Below, one piece after another: positions 1 to 9,613 of a DNA stretch of 24,977 nt. Position 1 is the first letter of the stretch; every line of letters begins with the position of its first letter. Source of the DNA: a virus. Its lineage: Duplodnaviria > Caudoviricetes. The stretch covers positions 1 to 24,977 of the IMG/VR virus record IMGVR_UViG_3300007983_000017; one strand, written 5' to 3'. The notes under the pieces are model-generated. The model was given only the letters and a program-made list of their open reading frames with translations, did no database searches and was not told where the DNA came from. Both the position numbers and the translations under genes were made by a program.

Positions 1-686
1 AACATTTTCATCATTCTGGCTGCGGACTTAGCGCCAAAACCACCTTTACCAATTAATCCAGCTTTAGAAGCAATACCTCCCGGTATAAATGCTGATGCGG
101 CAAAAGCCAAACCATCAATAAAGTCTTCTGCCCAGAATTCAGAAGTGGTAATCTTATCGAAAAAGTCACCATTTTTATATTGATTAGTTTTGTATATTTC
201 ACCAAAGAATCCTTCTTCTTTAACGTATTCTTCAGCAGTAGACATCCAATCTACAAAAAAGTTATCCAAAGCAATAGAAGCAGCTTTGTTCATTTCTGCT
301 TGATTACCTGTTAATGCCCCATGTATAGCTGTAGGAGCAGCAGCAATTGCACCACCAACATACCCAACACCTTGTGCAAATTTGGTAGCAATAAGTGGAG
401 CAAGTTTTGAAAGACCTTTGGCAAATTTCCAATCTTGTGCTTGTGCTCTTATTTCGTCTATGTCCATGTACTGTCTGTTAACAGTACTCATGTACGGTTC
501 GTACTCTCTAGCGTCGTAACCAAACATAGGTTGATTACTACTAGTAAGACCAGTAATTCGCGGGTCTGGTTTAGGAAGTCTAATATTTGAGAAGTCTGGA
601 TTTCCAGTATCTTGTGGATTTCCTGTTAATCCTGTATTTGGATCAATAAGACTTTTGGTATATTCTAATAAATTTTGTCTGGGCAT
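1..686 (-). CDS. N-terminal part (about 228 aa, runs off the window) of a probable giant virion/ejection protein of the crAss-like cargo and virion RNA polymerase block
   Basis: Absent from the ORF track because it has no stop in the window. ATG at 686, 5 nt after the upstream stop, and open to position 1. Manual translation: MPRQNLLEYTKSLIDPNTG...DEIRAQAQDWKFAKG...GVGYVGGAIAAAPTAIHGAL...SEFWAEDFIDGLAFAASAFIPGGIASKAG. Gly/Ala-rich hydrophobic segments and the position after the muzzle and cargo genes fit Crassvirales synteny. No polymerase motif is visible in this fragment. Confidence 0.7.
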   Translation of the reverse strand, partial: MPRQNLLEYTKSLIDPNTGLTGNPQDTGNPDFSNIRLPKPDPRITGLTSSNQPMFGYDAREYEPYMSTVNRQYMDIDEIRAQAQDWKFAKGLSKLAPLIATKFAQGVGYVGGAIAAAPTAIHGALTGNQAEMNKAASIALDNFFVDWMSTAEEYVKEEGFFGEIYKTNQYKNGDFFDKITTSEFWAEDFIDGLAFAASAFIPGGIASKAGLIGKGGFGAKSAARMMKM

Positions 687-691
687 ATTTA

Positions 692-3043
692 TTATTTTAA
701 AATGTCTTTACCATAATGATTTAAAATCATTGTTAATTCATTCATTAATGCGTGCATTTGTACATTTCGAGAAGATCCTTTGTGACCTAGGCTTTCTAAA
801 TCGACTTGAAATTCTGGTCCTCTAAGGTTAGACAAATAAGTAAGATTCAATCTTGCAGTTTCGGTATAACCAGATTCTTTTAAGTTTTTAACTATACGTC
901 TCAAATCCCCATAACTTAAAGCACCTTTTCCCCCTAAATCAAGAGTTCCATCTTCGTCTATTTTTATAGCCAAGTTTGCATTATCACCACCCGGTTCTGT
1001 ACCTTCTAATCCCATTACATCTGTGTAATCAACACCTTCTACTACTTTAAATCCTGATTCCAATAACGAATCATTGGCTCTAAGTGTAGCAGCTAAAGCT
1101 TTACCGTCCTGACCTCCATTTTTTTCTAACATTGACAAGAATACTTCTTTGTTACCTTTAAATTTAGTACTAGTAAATAACTCTCTAGGATCCATTAATA
1201 CTTCGAAGATTTCACCATCTGGTGAAGTTAAATTATAAGATATTTTAAAACCTGTGCTATGACTGTCAATAATTGCAAAATCTGAAGCTTTATAATTTGG
1301 ATTATTTACATTATTTAAAAAATTAACTTTTTCATCGACCTCTAATTCTTCAACGATTTTATTTTTATAAGCATCTTCTGAATGTTTTTTAATTTTTAGA
1401 TCTTCTGCTGATATAGAACCAAAAATTGGTCTAGCTTCAGCCCAAAAATCGTTTTGTTGCGATTGACTCATCATAGGAACAAATTCAGTAGTTGTTAAAC
1501 TGTATTCTGATAAAAATTCTTGAGCACTTTTATCATAAACTTCTACTGCGGCTTTATAATCTTGAATATTTGTGTCATTATTAATTTTATTAATAATTTT
1601 AGCATTTTCAAATACTTCTGATCTTTCTTGTTCGCTTAAAGATTTTAAATATGCATCATCACCATAAGGGTCTAATTTTTTCCATACTTTTTCGATTGGG
1701 TCATCAGTATGCTCGATTAACTTAGCAACCCTTTGATAAAGATAAAAGTCTCTCATTGCATTTACGTATTCTACCGGATAATCATTTTCTTCATCTATCC
1801 TAGCCTTTTCCATTTCTGATAAATTATCCCAACCCGGAATATAATCGTTAATGTCTGGATACATGGTAACGAAAGATTCATAATCTTGTTTATCTTTTTC
1901 AGTAAGTTTAGAACCTGTTTTTTCTACAGCAGCTTTTAAAGTTTTACCTTGACCATTATTAAATTGTTGTATTCCTTCCGCTAACATTTTTTGTTGAGAT
2001 AACTCTTGCAGTTCTTGTGGAGATTCCGGTCTAGATGTAGATAAAGTTTTGTTAATTTTTTTATCTAAACCAAAATAACCATTATCTGGTAATCCAGTAA
2101 ACTTATAACCTTCGTCTGGTCCGGGGATAACCGCTAAACCACCGGTATCATCATCGAGATCTTCCTGTCTACTTCTACCGTATGGATCATCTAAAAAGTT
2201 ATAATCAATGTCTGATCTGTTAAAACTTTTACCAAATGCCGCACTCTGAAGCATTGCGTCTAATTCTTGAGTGTAAGGTCTACCTATTGTTTCTCTACCT
2301 TGTAAAAAGCTTTGAACTTCTGGGTCATAACCAACTACCCCTCTAATAGCATTAAGTGCTTTACCATAATCTAAATTTTCATAAGTACCAGTAGCTGTAA
2401 CAAATTTAAACGTTGGATTACCGTATTGGTCAAAATGTCTATATAATTGACCCCTACCAAGACCATCTACTTGTGTCATTACGCCGCCATCATGTTCTAG
2501 CATGGACACAGCATCTTTTATTTTTTTAGCAATGTCTGGAGTGTCGTATATAACACCTCTGTTTAAAGCTTTACCTTTATCACCAAAGTCGGTCATTAAA
2601 TTTTGCTCAAAATATTCACGCATTAATTCTTTTTCTGCGTCATTAACATCTGCCTCGTTTAATTGTTCATTGAAGTCTTCGTAAAGTTTTTTACGATAAG
2701 CCAAACCAGAAACTCTAGGATCAGTAGAAAATTGTTTTTTTAACCTAATTAAATCTGTAGCAGCTTTGCTTACATCACCAGTTTGACCTAACTGTTCTGT
2801 TAAATCTAAAGTTGCATTTTCATAGTAATCACCAACCTGTTTAGCAACATCTCTATCTGTGTGGTACCTTCCTTGAAAATACTCAGTAGGGTATTGTTGA
2901 CTAGCCAAAGTTTGCATAGCTGTATCCCACTGTTGCTGAGAAGTAGCTAAACCTTTCATCAAAAGATTAGTGTCTAATGGTGTAGGTATAAACTGTGGGG
3001 TATACTGGTTTGATCTATATGTTTCAAATCTATTACGAGCCAT
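692..3043 (-). CDS. Putative internal virion (cargo/ejection) protein 2, 783 aa
   Basis: Long, acidic, helical-looking ORF. The N-terminus NRFETYRSNQYTPQFIPTP...QQQWD resembles crAss-like cargo proteins. It lies between cargo protein 1 and the giant protein. Confidence 0.6.
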   Translation of the reverse strand: MARNRFETYRSNQYTPQFIPTPLDTNLLMKGLATSQQQWDTAMQTLASQQYPTEYFQGRYHTDRDVAKQVGDYYENATLDLTEQLGQTGDVSKAATDLIRLKKQFSTDPRVSGLAYRKKLYEDFNEQLNEADVNDAEKELMREYFEQNLMTDFGDKGKALNRGVIYDTPDIAKKIKDAVSMLEHDGGVMTQVDGLGRGQLYRHFDQYGNPTFKFVTATGTYENLDYGKALNAIRGVVGYDPEVQSFLQGRETIGRPYTQELDAMLQSAAFGKSFNRSDIDYNFLDDPYGRSRQEDLDDDTGGLAVIPGPDEGYKFTGLPDNGYFGLDKKINKTLSTSRPESPQELQELSQQKMLAEGIQQFNNGQGKTLKAAVEKTGSKLTEKDKQDYESFVTMYPDINDYIPGWDNLSEMEKARIDEENDYPVEYVNAMRDFYLYQRVAKLIEHTDDPIEKVWKKLDPYGDDAYLKSLSEQERSEVFENAKIINKINNDTNIQDYKAAVEVYDKSAQEFLSEYSLTTTEFVPMMSQSQQNDFWAEARPIFGSISAEDLKIKKHSEDAYKNKIVEELEVDEKVNFLNNVNNPNYKASDFAIIDSHSTGFKISYNLTSPDGEIFEVLMDPRELFTSTKFKGNKEVFLSMLEKNGGQDGKALAATLRANDSLLESGFKVVEGVDYTDVMGLEGTEPGGDNANLAIKIDEDGTLDLGGKGALSYGDLRRIVKNLKESGYTETARLNLTYLSNLRGPEFQVDLESLGHKGSSRNVQMHALMNELTMILNHYGKDILK

Positions 3044-3056
3044 AATTAAAATTTTA

Positions 3057-5492
3057 TTATTCTACTGGTTGGTAAATTAAATTAGCCATGTAATCAGTAG
3101 TATATCTAGGGAACATAGCTCCTAAGAAATTAAGAGTTCTTTGGTCTTGTAAAGCCTGAGCTTTATCCATACGATAATCTCTCATAGCTCCAGCACCAAT
3201 GTTACCAAGATCTGTAGCAGAACCGTATAAAGCATCTCTGTAGGCTGCTCTGTTTTGTTCGTTAGCTATTTGTTCTTGCATTTGTATTTGTGCATTCTGC
3301 GCTTGTGTTGTGTTAGCTATTTGAGTATTAGCTGTATTTTCTGACATTTCAATGTTAGAAAGATTATCAGACATACCTCTACCTATTGCTGTGTCGGCGG
3401 CTACTTGGTTAGCTAATAATTGACCTCTAGTTTGTCCAGCAGCACTAAGGTTTCTTTTAGCTGAAGCACTAGCGAAACCAGCAGACCTTTTTGCTTGATT
3501 TCTTGCTGGGTCATAATTAACATAAGCCGGATTGATTCTATCAAAATTAGTTTCGTCTGGTCCACCAATTAACGTACCAATACCTTGTGCCATTGGACCA
3601 ATAGAACTCATAAGAGCACCAGCAGCGTAAGGAGAAAACCTAGGGTCTGGTACTTGTGAGTTAACATTTTGTTCTTTAGAAGGTGCTTGCGGATTAGCGT
3701 CCATACTCTCTAAAGCAGATAATAAACCATCAACGTTACCACTTCTAGTCATCGGTGACTGTGGGAAGTTATTACCTTGGTTATAATCTATCGGCTGATT
3801 TGCTGTTTGTTGTACAGGTTGACTAGTTGGTGTTGGTTGTGGTTGGAAAAAGTTTTCATTAGGTCTACCTGATACAGAAGTACCATAATCAATGTTAGTA
3901 CCCGGGTATAACATTTGAGGGGTTAAATTTACTGGTAAGTTACCACCTTGAATACCGGGCATATTTGGTTTTTCTAATCCTCTCATTTTAATAGTATCAG
4001 CCTGATTAACATAAGGGTTACCAGTACCTTGGTCTATTATCTCACCCGCTGATTGTTTAGAATTATTAGCAGCGGCGTTAGCTGCATTATTTTGAGCTAA
4101 TACTTCATTTCCTCTATATGTACCAGAACTTATCACGCCAGCATCTACAGCCCCCATTATATTTTGCATATTAGGGTCTATAAAACTACGACTTTCTAAA
4201 TCGTAATATCTACCAGTATTACCTTCATTAGGATCAAAATTTAAAACAGATTCGAATGGTCCACCTGCTTGGTATTTCATACCACCATAAGCAAACATTT
4301 CGTTTTGTTGCTTCTCACGCATCTTAAGAATCTTAGGATCAGACTCGTGCTGTTCTATTAGCATTTGGAGTTCTTTTTCCATAGCTTCTTTAGCCATCTC
4401 ATCATTAGCAGCTTCTTCACCACGCATAGAATGTTTCTTACGTATTGCTTCAGCCATTTGAGCATAAGACTTGCCTTTCTTACCTTTGGGTCCTAAACGA
4501 TCTGTAAAGATAAAATCTTTATACATCATTTCGTTTTTCTCGGCTTCTTTACCCGGAGCAAACATAGTACCACCTTGTTCGTGTGTATCACCACCGAATT
4601 TAACCATTTCTGGGTTAGTGTTACCACCAAATGCAAAACTAGTAGTTGGGTTACCAAGCATTGGTGCAAATTGACCAGCTATATTAAATGCTTGTTGTAC
4701 TTGTTCGTTTGTTTCATCGTTACCAATAAATTCTTTAGCTCCATATTTAGCAACGTCCATACCCCCAGAGACTGGGTTTATAAACATTCCTACCCCGCCA
4801 CCTATCATACCAGCAGCGTTAGCTATTGAATCATTAGCACCAAAAGCTTTAGCTAAACCGTGTGCGGCTCCACCAAACATATATATATCTTTCATGTTGT
4901 TAGTATTTCCACCGTAAGAAAATTTATTCCAATCGCAACCATCTGGACCACAAGGTTCTGTACCTCTACCTATAGGTAGTTGAGTTTCGGATTTTCCTTT
5001 TCTTTTTATAGTTTTAATCTTTCTTTCGGTTAAGTTAGCAGCTTCTTTAGGATCTATACTATTCATAAAAGCTCCAAAATATTCATCGGTCCCAATATCT
5101 TCTAAATTATAATAACCTTCTTTGTGCAACTTTCTTTTGGCTGAAGGGGATAAATTAATACTAGCCCCAGAACTACTATAATTTAAAGGCATACCTGACA
5201 AGTTACCTAACGCCGCCATTCTTAAATTTTCGTCTTCAATATTATTAACAGTAGATTCTAATCCTCTAAAATCAGTTTTTGTGTAAACATGATTACCTTT
5301 TTTATCTAAGCCTGTTACAACGGCGAATTTAGTTTTACCGTTTTCAAAATAATATCTGATATTTTCGTCAACATAAGCTTTAGAAGATGCACCTGCGTCA
5401 CCAAGATCTATATTACCCATATACATCTTTTGGGTTTGTCCAGAAGTTAAAGCATTAGTTAAAGGTGGTTCTGTCGGATTAGTTCTAGCCAT
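3057..5492 (-). CDS. Putative internal virion cargo protein 1, 811 aa
   Basis: Immediately downstream of the muzzle gene. Contains GGDTHEQGG...EAEKNE...FIFTDRL...SYAQMA, several [FY]xxGG motifs, a Q/N/P-rich linker and a C-terminal Q/N/A-rich helical region, all as expected for the crAss-like post-muzzle cargo protein. Confidence 0.7.
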   Translation of the reverse strand: MARTNPTEPPLTNALTSGQTQKMYMGNIDLGDAGASSKAYVDENIRYYFENGKTKFAVVTGLDKKGNHVYTKTDFRGLESTVNNIEDENLRMAALGNLSGMPLNYSSSGASINLSPSAKRKLHKEGYYNLEDIGTDEYFGAFMNSIDPKEAANLTERKIKTIKRKGKSETQLPIGRGTEPCGPDGCDWNKFSYGGNTNNMKDIYMFGGAAHGLAKAFGANDSIANAAGMIGGGVGMFINPVSGGMDVAKYGAKEFIGNDETNEQVQQAFNIAGQFAPMLGNPTTSFAFGGNTNPEMVKFGGDTHEQGGTMFAPGKEAEKNEMMYKDFIFTDRLGPKGKKGKSYAQMAEAIRKKHSMRGEEAANDEMAKEAMEKELQMLIEQHESDPKILKMREKQQNEMFAYGGMKYQAGGPFESVLNFDPNEGNTGRYYDLESRSFIDPNMQNIMGAVDAGVISSGTYRGNEVLAQNNAANAAANNSKQSAGEIIDQGTGNPYVNQADTIKMRGLEKPNMPGIQGGNLPVNLTPQMLYPGTNIDYGTSVSGRPNENFFQPQPTPTSQPVQQTANQPIDYNQGNNFPQSPMTRSGNVDGLLSALESMDANPQAPSKEQNVNSQVPDPRFSPYAAGALMSSIGPMAQGIGTLIGGPDETNFDRINPAYVNYDPARNQAKRSAGFASASAKRNLSAAGQTRGQLLANQVAADTAIGRGMSDNLSNIEMSENTANTQIANTTQAQNAQIQMQEQIANEQNRAAYRDALYGSATDLGNIGAGAMRDYRMDKAQALQDQRTLNFLGAMFPRYTTDYMANLIYQPVE

Positions 5493-5497
5493 AGCTG

Positions 5498-5529
5498 CAA
5501 ATATAATATAATAAAATTATTTAAGCAAA
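5498..5529 (-). promoter_or_regulatory. Bacteroidota primary-sigma promoter (-33 TTTG, 20-nt spacer, -7 TATATTTG) upstream of the cargo genes
   Basis: The minus strand reads TTTG-cttaaataattttattatat-TATATTTG-cagct-ATG. This is an exact match to TTTG-N19-21-TAnnTTTG and sits in one of the few intergenic gaps. Confidence 0.8.
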
Positions 5530-5563
5530 CAGTAAAGCAAGTAATATATAACACTAATTATTA

Positions 5564-8500
5564 TTACTGATAATTATTTACTGCGGTAACTCTATAAAAA
5601 GTATTTAAGTCATGCATTACCATTCTGTAACCATTTGTATTTTCGTATCTTAATTCAATACGTGCCCATGGATTAGTAATCCTAGAGTTGTTTCCATCGG
5701 TATTAGCGTCTCTTGGCACAGCAGTCCTCCAAAATCTAAATCTCCTTCTGATCCTTTCTGGTGAGGTAAGAGTAATCTGCTGCGTATCCTGATAGTTGTT
5801 GGATACTCGTAAGAAATTGAATGTGTCGTCTGGTACATCTTGGTTGTTATTATAAACGTCAGTAATCCATGATAAATTATTCCATTGTTTATTTAAATGA
5901 TTACCGGCATTAATTAAATAAGTTATTGATGAACGATATTTATCACCATAAAATTCACAGTAATTACCTTCGTTATGCTGATATATTTCATTATTAAATC
6001 CTGTTGGATCTATTGATAATAATTTTCTACCGGTAGATAGATAAAGTTTAGGATGAAAGTCATAAGAACTTTCAAAACCATCTAATAATTCGTTATAAGA
6101 CACCGTATATTCTATAAGCGGGGGTCTATCTCCATCTTCTATTAAAACGTTTTCTGCTGTTAAAAATGTAAATAAAACCCTGTTATATCTATGATCGTAT
6201 GTACCATGTACGTTATAAGGAACAAAGAATGAGGTCGGATTATCAGTATCTTCTAATTGAGTATTAGAAACTAAATCATATAAAAAAGCAGACATACCTT
6301 TTATATCAGATAAAGGTGTTTTAGAATTTATTGAGTACCTCCATAACTTTTTCTGTCTAATATCAAAATGATAAACATTATTCTCAGAAAGAACCACACC
6401 GGTTCTATGGAAACATCCTGTATGTTTAGATATATAAGCGTAATCTCCAAGAACTTGTCCATTACCTATTATTAATTGTGTACCTTGTTCATCAGGTACC
6501 GTTACTCTTTCATTAATAGCTACTACACCAAAAGCAGAGTCTTGGTAAAACAAAACTTTATCTTTGTAATTGTGTATAGAATTGATTGGCCCGTATGTAC
6601 CATTTACGTCTACTTGGTTATTAGCCAAAAAGTTAGCCCAACTATCAACTATTTCACCATTAATTTTAGGTTGGGAAGCCCATATTGTAAAAGGTAATTC
6701 TTGTACAGTGTTTACTAAAAAGTTTTTAGCTTGATAAACTTTAGACACATTTGGTTGTTGGAAATATACTTTATTAATAGCATACTGTTCTCTTTCGTAA
6801 TTTAAAAAAGGATCATTGCCAGAATTATCAGATGGAAATCTATTTTTAGCAAAGTAATTACCGTGCCTTAATTCAACATTAAAAGGTGACTCGCAAGCAA
6901 AAGCTTTACCCGTAGATATTTTATCTTCATAAGTACCATTACTAGGGTCATTAACATGTTCGTACATAAAGTATGTGACATAAGTATCACCCCCAAATAC
7001 TTCTATGTCGTTATCGTCTACATCAGTAACAATAGTACCAGTAGTAATGTAAGTATTAAAACTTCTTGATTCAAAAGTGGTACCACCATATTGAGAAGCT
7101 AATGTTCTACAATAAAGACCGTATGGCACATTAAAAGAACCTATAGCTCCAGTATCTAAAGAACCATTTAAAACTAATAATCCACAATGACCCATGTCAT
7201 CAATACCGGTATTACTTTTGTTTTGAAAGTTAGTATACGTAGTAAGTTCGTGAATATTAGATATTGTATAATTTTCACCGGGATCTATCCTGTGCCAATC
7301 GAAAACATCAACTGTTTGATCTGTTGATAATTCTTCGTGATTATAAAATTTTCTATATTCTAATTCCACTTGACCAGCGCCACCACTTATAGTGACAAAA
7401 TTACTAAGCGAATTAGTGTTTGTCATTTTAATATAATCTCCAGACTGATGTCTTAAGCCAGAGTTTTCAAACAGTATTATTGGTGCTACATAAGCAGCGT
7501 ATTCTTTGTTGTCACCTGACCCACCGTTAAGTCCGTTTTCAACACTTACGTCAGTAGAACCTAAGTTGCCTATATGAGTATTAGAACGAATTAAGTCATC
7601 ACCACTTTGAGTGACTAAGTCAAAGCCACCACCACCCCACACAGACTTATCTTTATCTGTTCTCTCTAATCTAACTATCTCGTAAGACGATACCTTATTT
7701 TTTACAGAGTCTGGTAAACTAACTTCGAATTTTATACCTAAAACATTCAGATTTAACGGATCATTATCTGTAGTATCACCATCGTTAATTAGTGGAAACT
7801 CGTTTACCGTTGGAAATTTAATATCACCAATCCATTTAGCAAAAGATATATCTCCGTTTTTGCTACGGAAAACAATAGCGAATCTATATACTTCCTCTCT
7901 TTGATAACCAGTATATATATTATGTACAAATGGAGATATATAATTATTAAACTGATCGTTTATTTCATGCGTTATTTGACCATCTAATAATTCTTCGTAA
8001 GTGGCTCTATTTAAAGCACCTACATAAGGAGGGCTACCAGCATCACCCCTTTCATCGCCGATTATTTCTTTTGTTATAAAAGTATAACTTATATTTGGAC
8101 CCTCTCCTCCAATAGTAGTACCGTCAGATTGATACTTGTATTCTCCATAGTTAGGATCATCTATATTGTTAAAAGGATTTATAGCATCGTGGTCTAAATC
8201 TACATCGAAGTTTACAGGTACAACAGTTTCTGAACCATTAGACTGATATATTCTAGAAGTACCAGTGTCATCATAACGATAAGCTCTAGCATCAAACTCG
8301 CTGTCTTTTATTTCAAAACGTTCATTTAATAAGTTCGCTGCAATTAATCTATCGTCTTTTATTGTTAAGTCTTTTGCCTTGTCTATATCTGTAACAAGTA
8401 AAGATATTTCATCCTCTGTGAGAATTACTAAATCGTTTTCCCCACCAGTAAATGTTTTAACAACGGATGAAGAAGATAAATTTTCTATTAATGAATATAC

Positions 8501-9613
8501 TACAGGTACATCTTTAGTTGTGTATACTACAAATATATATTCTATTTGAGAATAAGATATATCTAAATCAGATATTGTAAATGTTACAGATTTTTGATTA
8601 GTAGAAAGAGAAGGGGCTGTACCTTTTATATTTCTATATAAATCTGTCTCGTCATCTAATTCGTAAAGTGGTAGTACGTTAGTCATTGGTGAAACATTAC
8701 TAACTTTACCATTACCTATTAATCTATAACCAGTTTGCACCACAGAACCAGTAGGTAAAGAACCACCGTCAGAAATATCTGTAAATACAGGTTTAGTAAA
8801 ATCTATAGTAGCAGCTAAATTAAAATCTAGAGGGTCTAATGCTAATCCTTCCGGATCTAATAAATTAAAAGATCTAACAGGATTGTAGAAATCAGTAAAA
8901 TACACTCTAGCTGTATTAGAATTTTCATATCTAGTTAAAGCTCTAGTTATTGATTTTTCTGTACAAAAATTTACTAAACCGTTGTACTTCAAATGCACAG
9001 ATGGGGTTAAAGAGTTACCAGTTAATCCTATAACTTCGTTATCGGCCTCGTTATAATCAACTGCCCATATTTGACCATCACCATTTGTTATAGTATCATC
9101 AGTATTAGAAGTAGTAAACAATATTATTTGATCGTTTAACCTAGTCCATCCTATTGTATATAAATTTTCTAGTTCCGGAACTTCTAAATTAAAAAATCCA
9201 TCTGGGTCAATAAGTGTTAGTTCTTCATCTAAAGCAACTAAAACAACTCTACCATTAGTGTAACTAATTGTAAATTCCCCGTTGGCTATATTTGCTGAAA
9301 AATGTTCTTGTAAAGCTTTTCCTATAACTGTAGCTGTAGCATCTGAAGCAAAAGATATAAAATAAGGAGTACCGTTGATATTAATAATACCAGTTTCTGA
9401 TGTAGCAACATCTAAATCTAAAGAATATACTCCCCCTAAAGAAGGTATAGTAAAGTCTAAACGGTTACCTTTTTCATTAACTATAGCGCCAAAAGAAGAT
9501 CCGGAGTCTGTAACAACTTTAAAGTTGCGCATGTCTTCATAATGACCATTCGACATTTTATAAGGACTTAAATCCTTATTCATACCCTTACTGTATGTAT
9601 TTTGAGTATTCAT
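5564..9613 (-). CDS. Tail stabilisation / muzzle protein (P22 gp10-like, crAss-type), 1349 aa
   Basis: N-terminal NTYSKGMNKD...YEDMRN, internal VYFTDFYNPVRSFN and GYQREEVYRFAIVF...WIGDIKFP, VFGGDTYV, C-terminal RRRFRFWRTAVPRD. Beta-rich, and directly downstream of the tubular protein gene with a TAATG overlap. Confidence 0.85.
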   Translation of the reverse strand: MNTQNTYSKGMNKDLSPYKMSNGHYEDMRNFKVVTDSGSSFGAIVNEKGNRLDFTIPSLGGVYSLDLDVATSETGIININGTPYFISFASDATATVIGKALQEHFSANIANGEFTISYTNGRVVLVALDEELTLIDPDGFFNLEVPELENLYTIGWTRLNDQIILFTTSNTDDTITNGDGQIWAVDYNEADNEVIGLTGNSLTPSVHLKYNGLVNFCTEKSITRALTRYENSNTARVYFTDFYNPVRSFNLLDPEGLALDPLDFNLAATIDFTKPVFTDISDGGSLPTGSVVQTGYRLIGNGKVSNVSPMTNVLPLYELDDETDLYRNIKGTAPSLSTNQKSVTFTISDLDISYSQIEYIFVVYTTKDVPVVYSLIENLSSSSVVKTFTGGENDLVILTEDEISLLVTDIDKAKDLTIKDDRLIAANLLNERFEIKDSEFDARAYRYDDTGTSRIYQSNGSETVVPVNFDVDLDHDAINPFNNIDDPNYGEYKYQSDGTTIGGEGPNISYTFITKEIIGDERGDAGSPPYVGALNRATYEELLDGQITHEINDQFNNYISPFVHNIYTGYQREEVYRFAIVFRSKNGDISFAKWIGDIKFPTVNEFPLINDGDTTDNDPLNLNVLGIKFEVSLPDSVKNKVSSYEIVRLERTDKDKSVWGGGGFDLVTQSGDDLIRSNTHIGNLGSTDVSVENGLNGGSGDNKEYAAYVAPIILFENSGLRHQSGDYIKMTNTNSLSNFVTISGGAGQVELEYRKFYNHEELSTDQTVDVFDWHRIDPGENYTISNIHELTTYTNFQNKSNTGIDDMGHCGLLVLNGSLDTGAIGSFNVPYGLYCRTLASQYGGTTFESRSFNTYITTGTIVTDVDDNDIEVFGGDTYVTYFMYEHVNDPSNGTYEDKISTGKAFACESPFNVELRHGNYFAKNRFPSDNSGNDPFLNYEREQYAINKVYFQQPNVSKVYQAKNFLVNTVQELPFTIWASQPKINGEIVDSWANFLANNQVDVNGTYGPINSIHNYKDKVLFYQDSAFGVVAINERVTVPDEQGTQLIIGNGQVLGDYAYISKHTGCFHRTGVVLSENNVYHFDIRQKKLWRYSINSKTPLSDIKGMSAFLYDLVSNTQLEDTDNPTSFFVPYNVHGTYDHRYNRVLFTFLTAENVLIEDGDRPPLIEYTVSYNELLDGFESSYDFHPKLYLSTGRKLLSIDPTGFNNEIYQHNEGNYCEFYGDKYRSSITYLINAGNHLNKQWNNLSWITDVYNNNQDVPDDTFNFLRVSNNYQDTQQITLTSPERIRRRFRFWRTAVPRDANTDGNNSRITNPWARIELRYENTNGYRMVMHDLNTFYRVTAVNNYQ

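Noticed and set aside
3630-4110. Q/N/P-rich stretch of cargo protein 1 as a tandem repeat or prion-like element
   Set aside because: No periodic DNA repeat is present. It is adequately explained as a disordered linker typical of ejected proteins.
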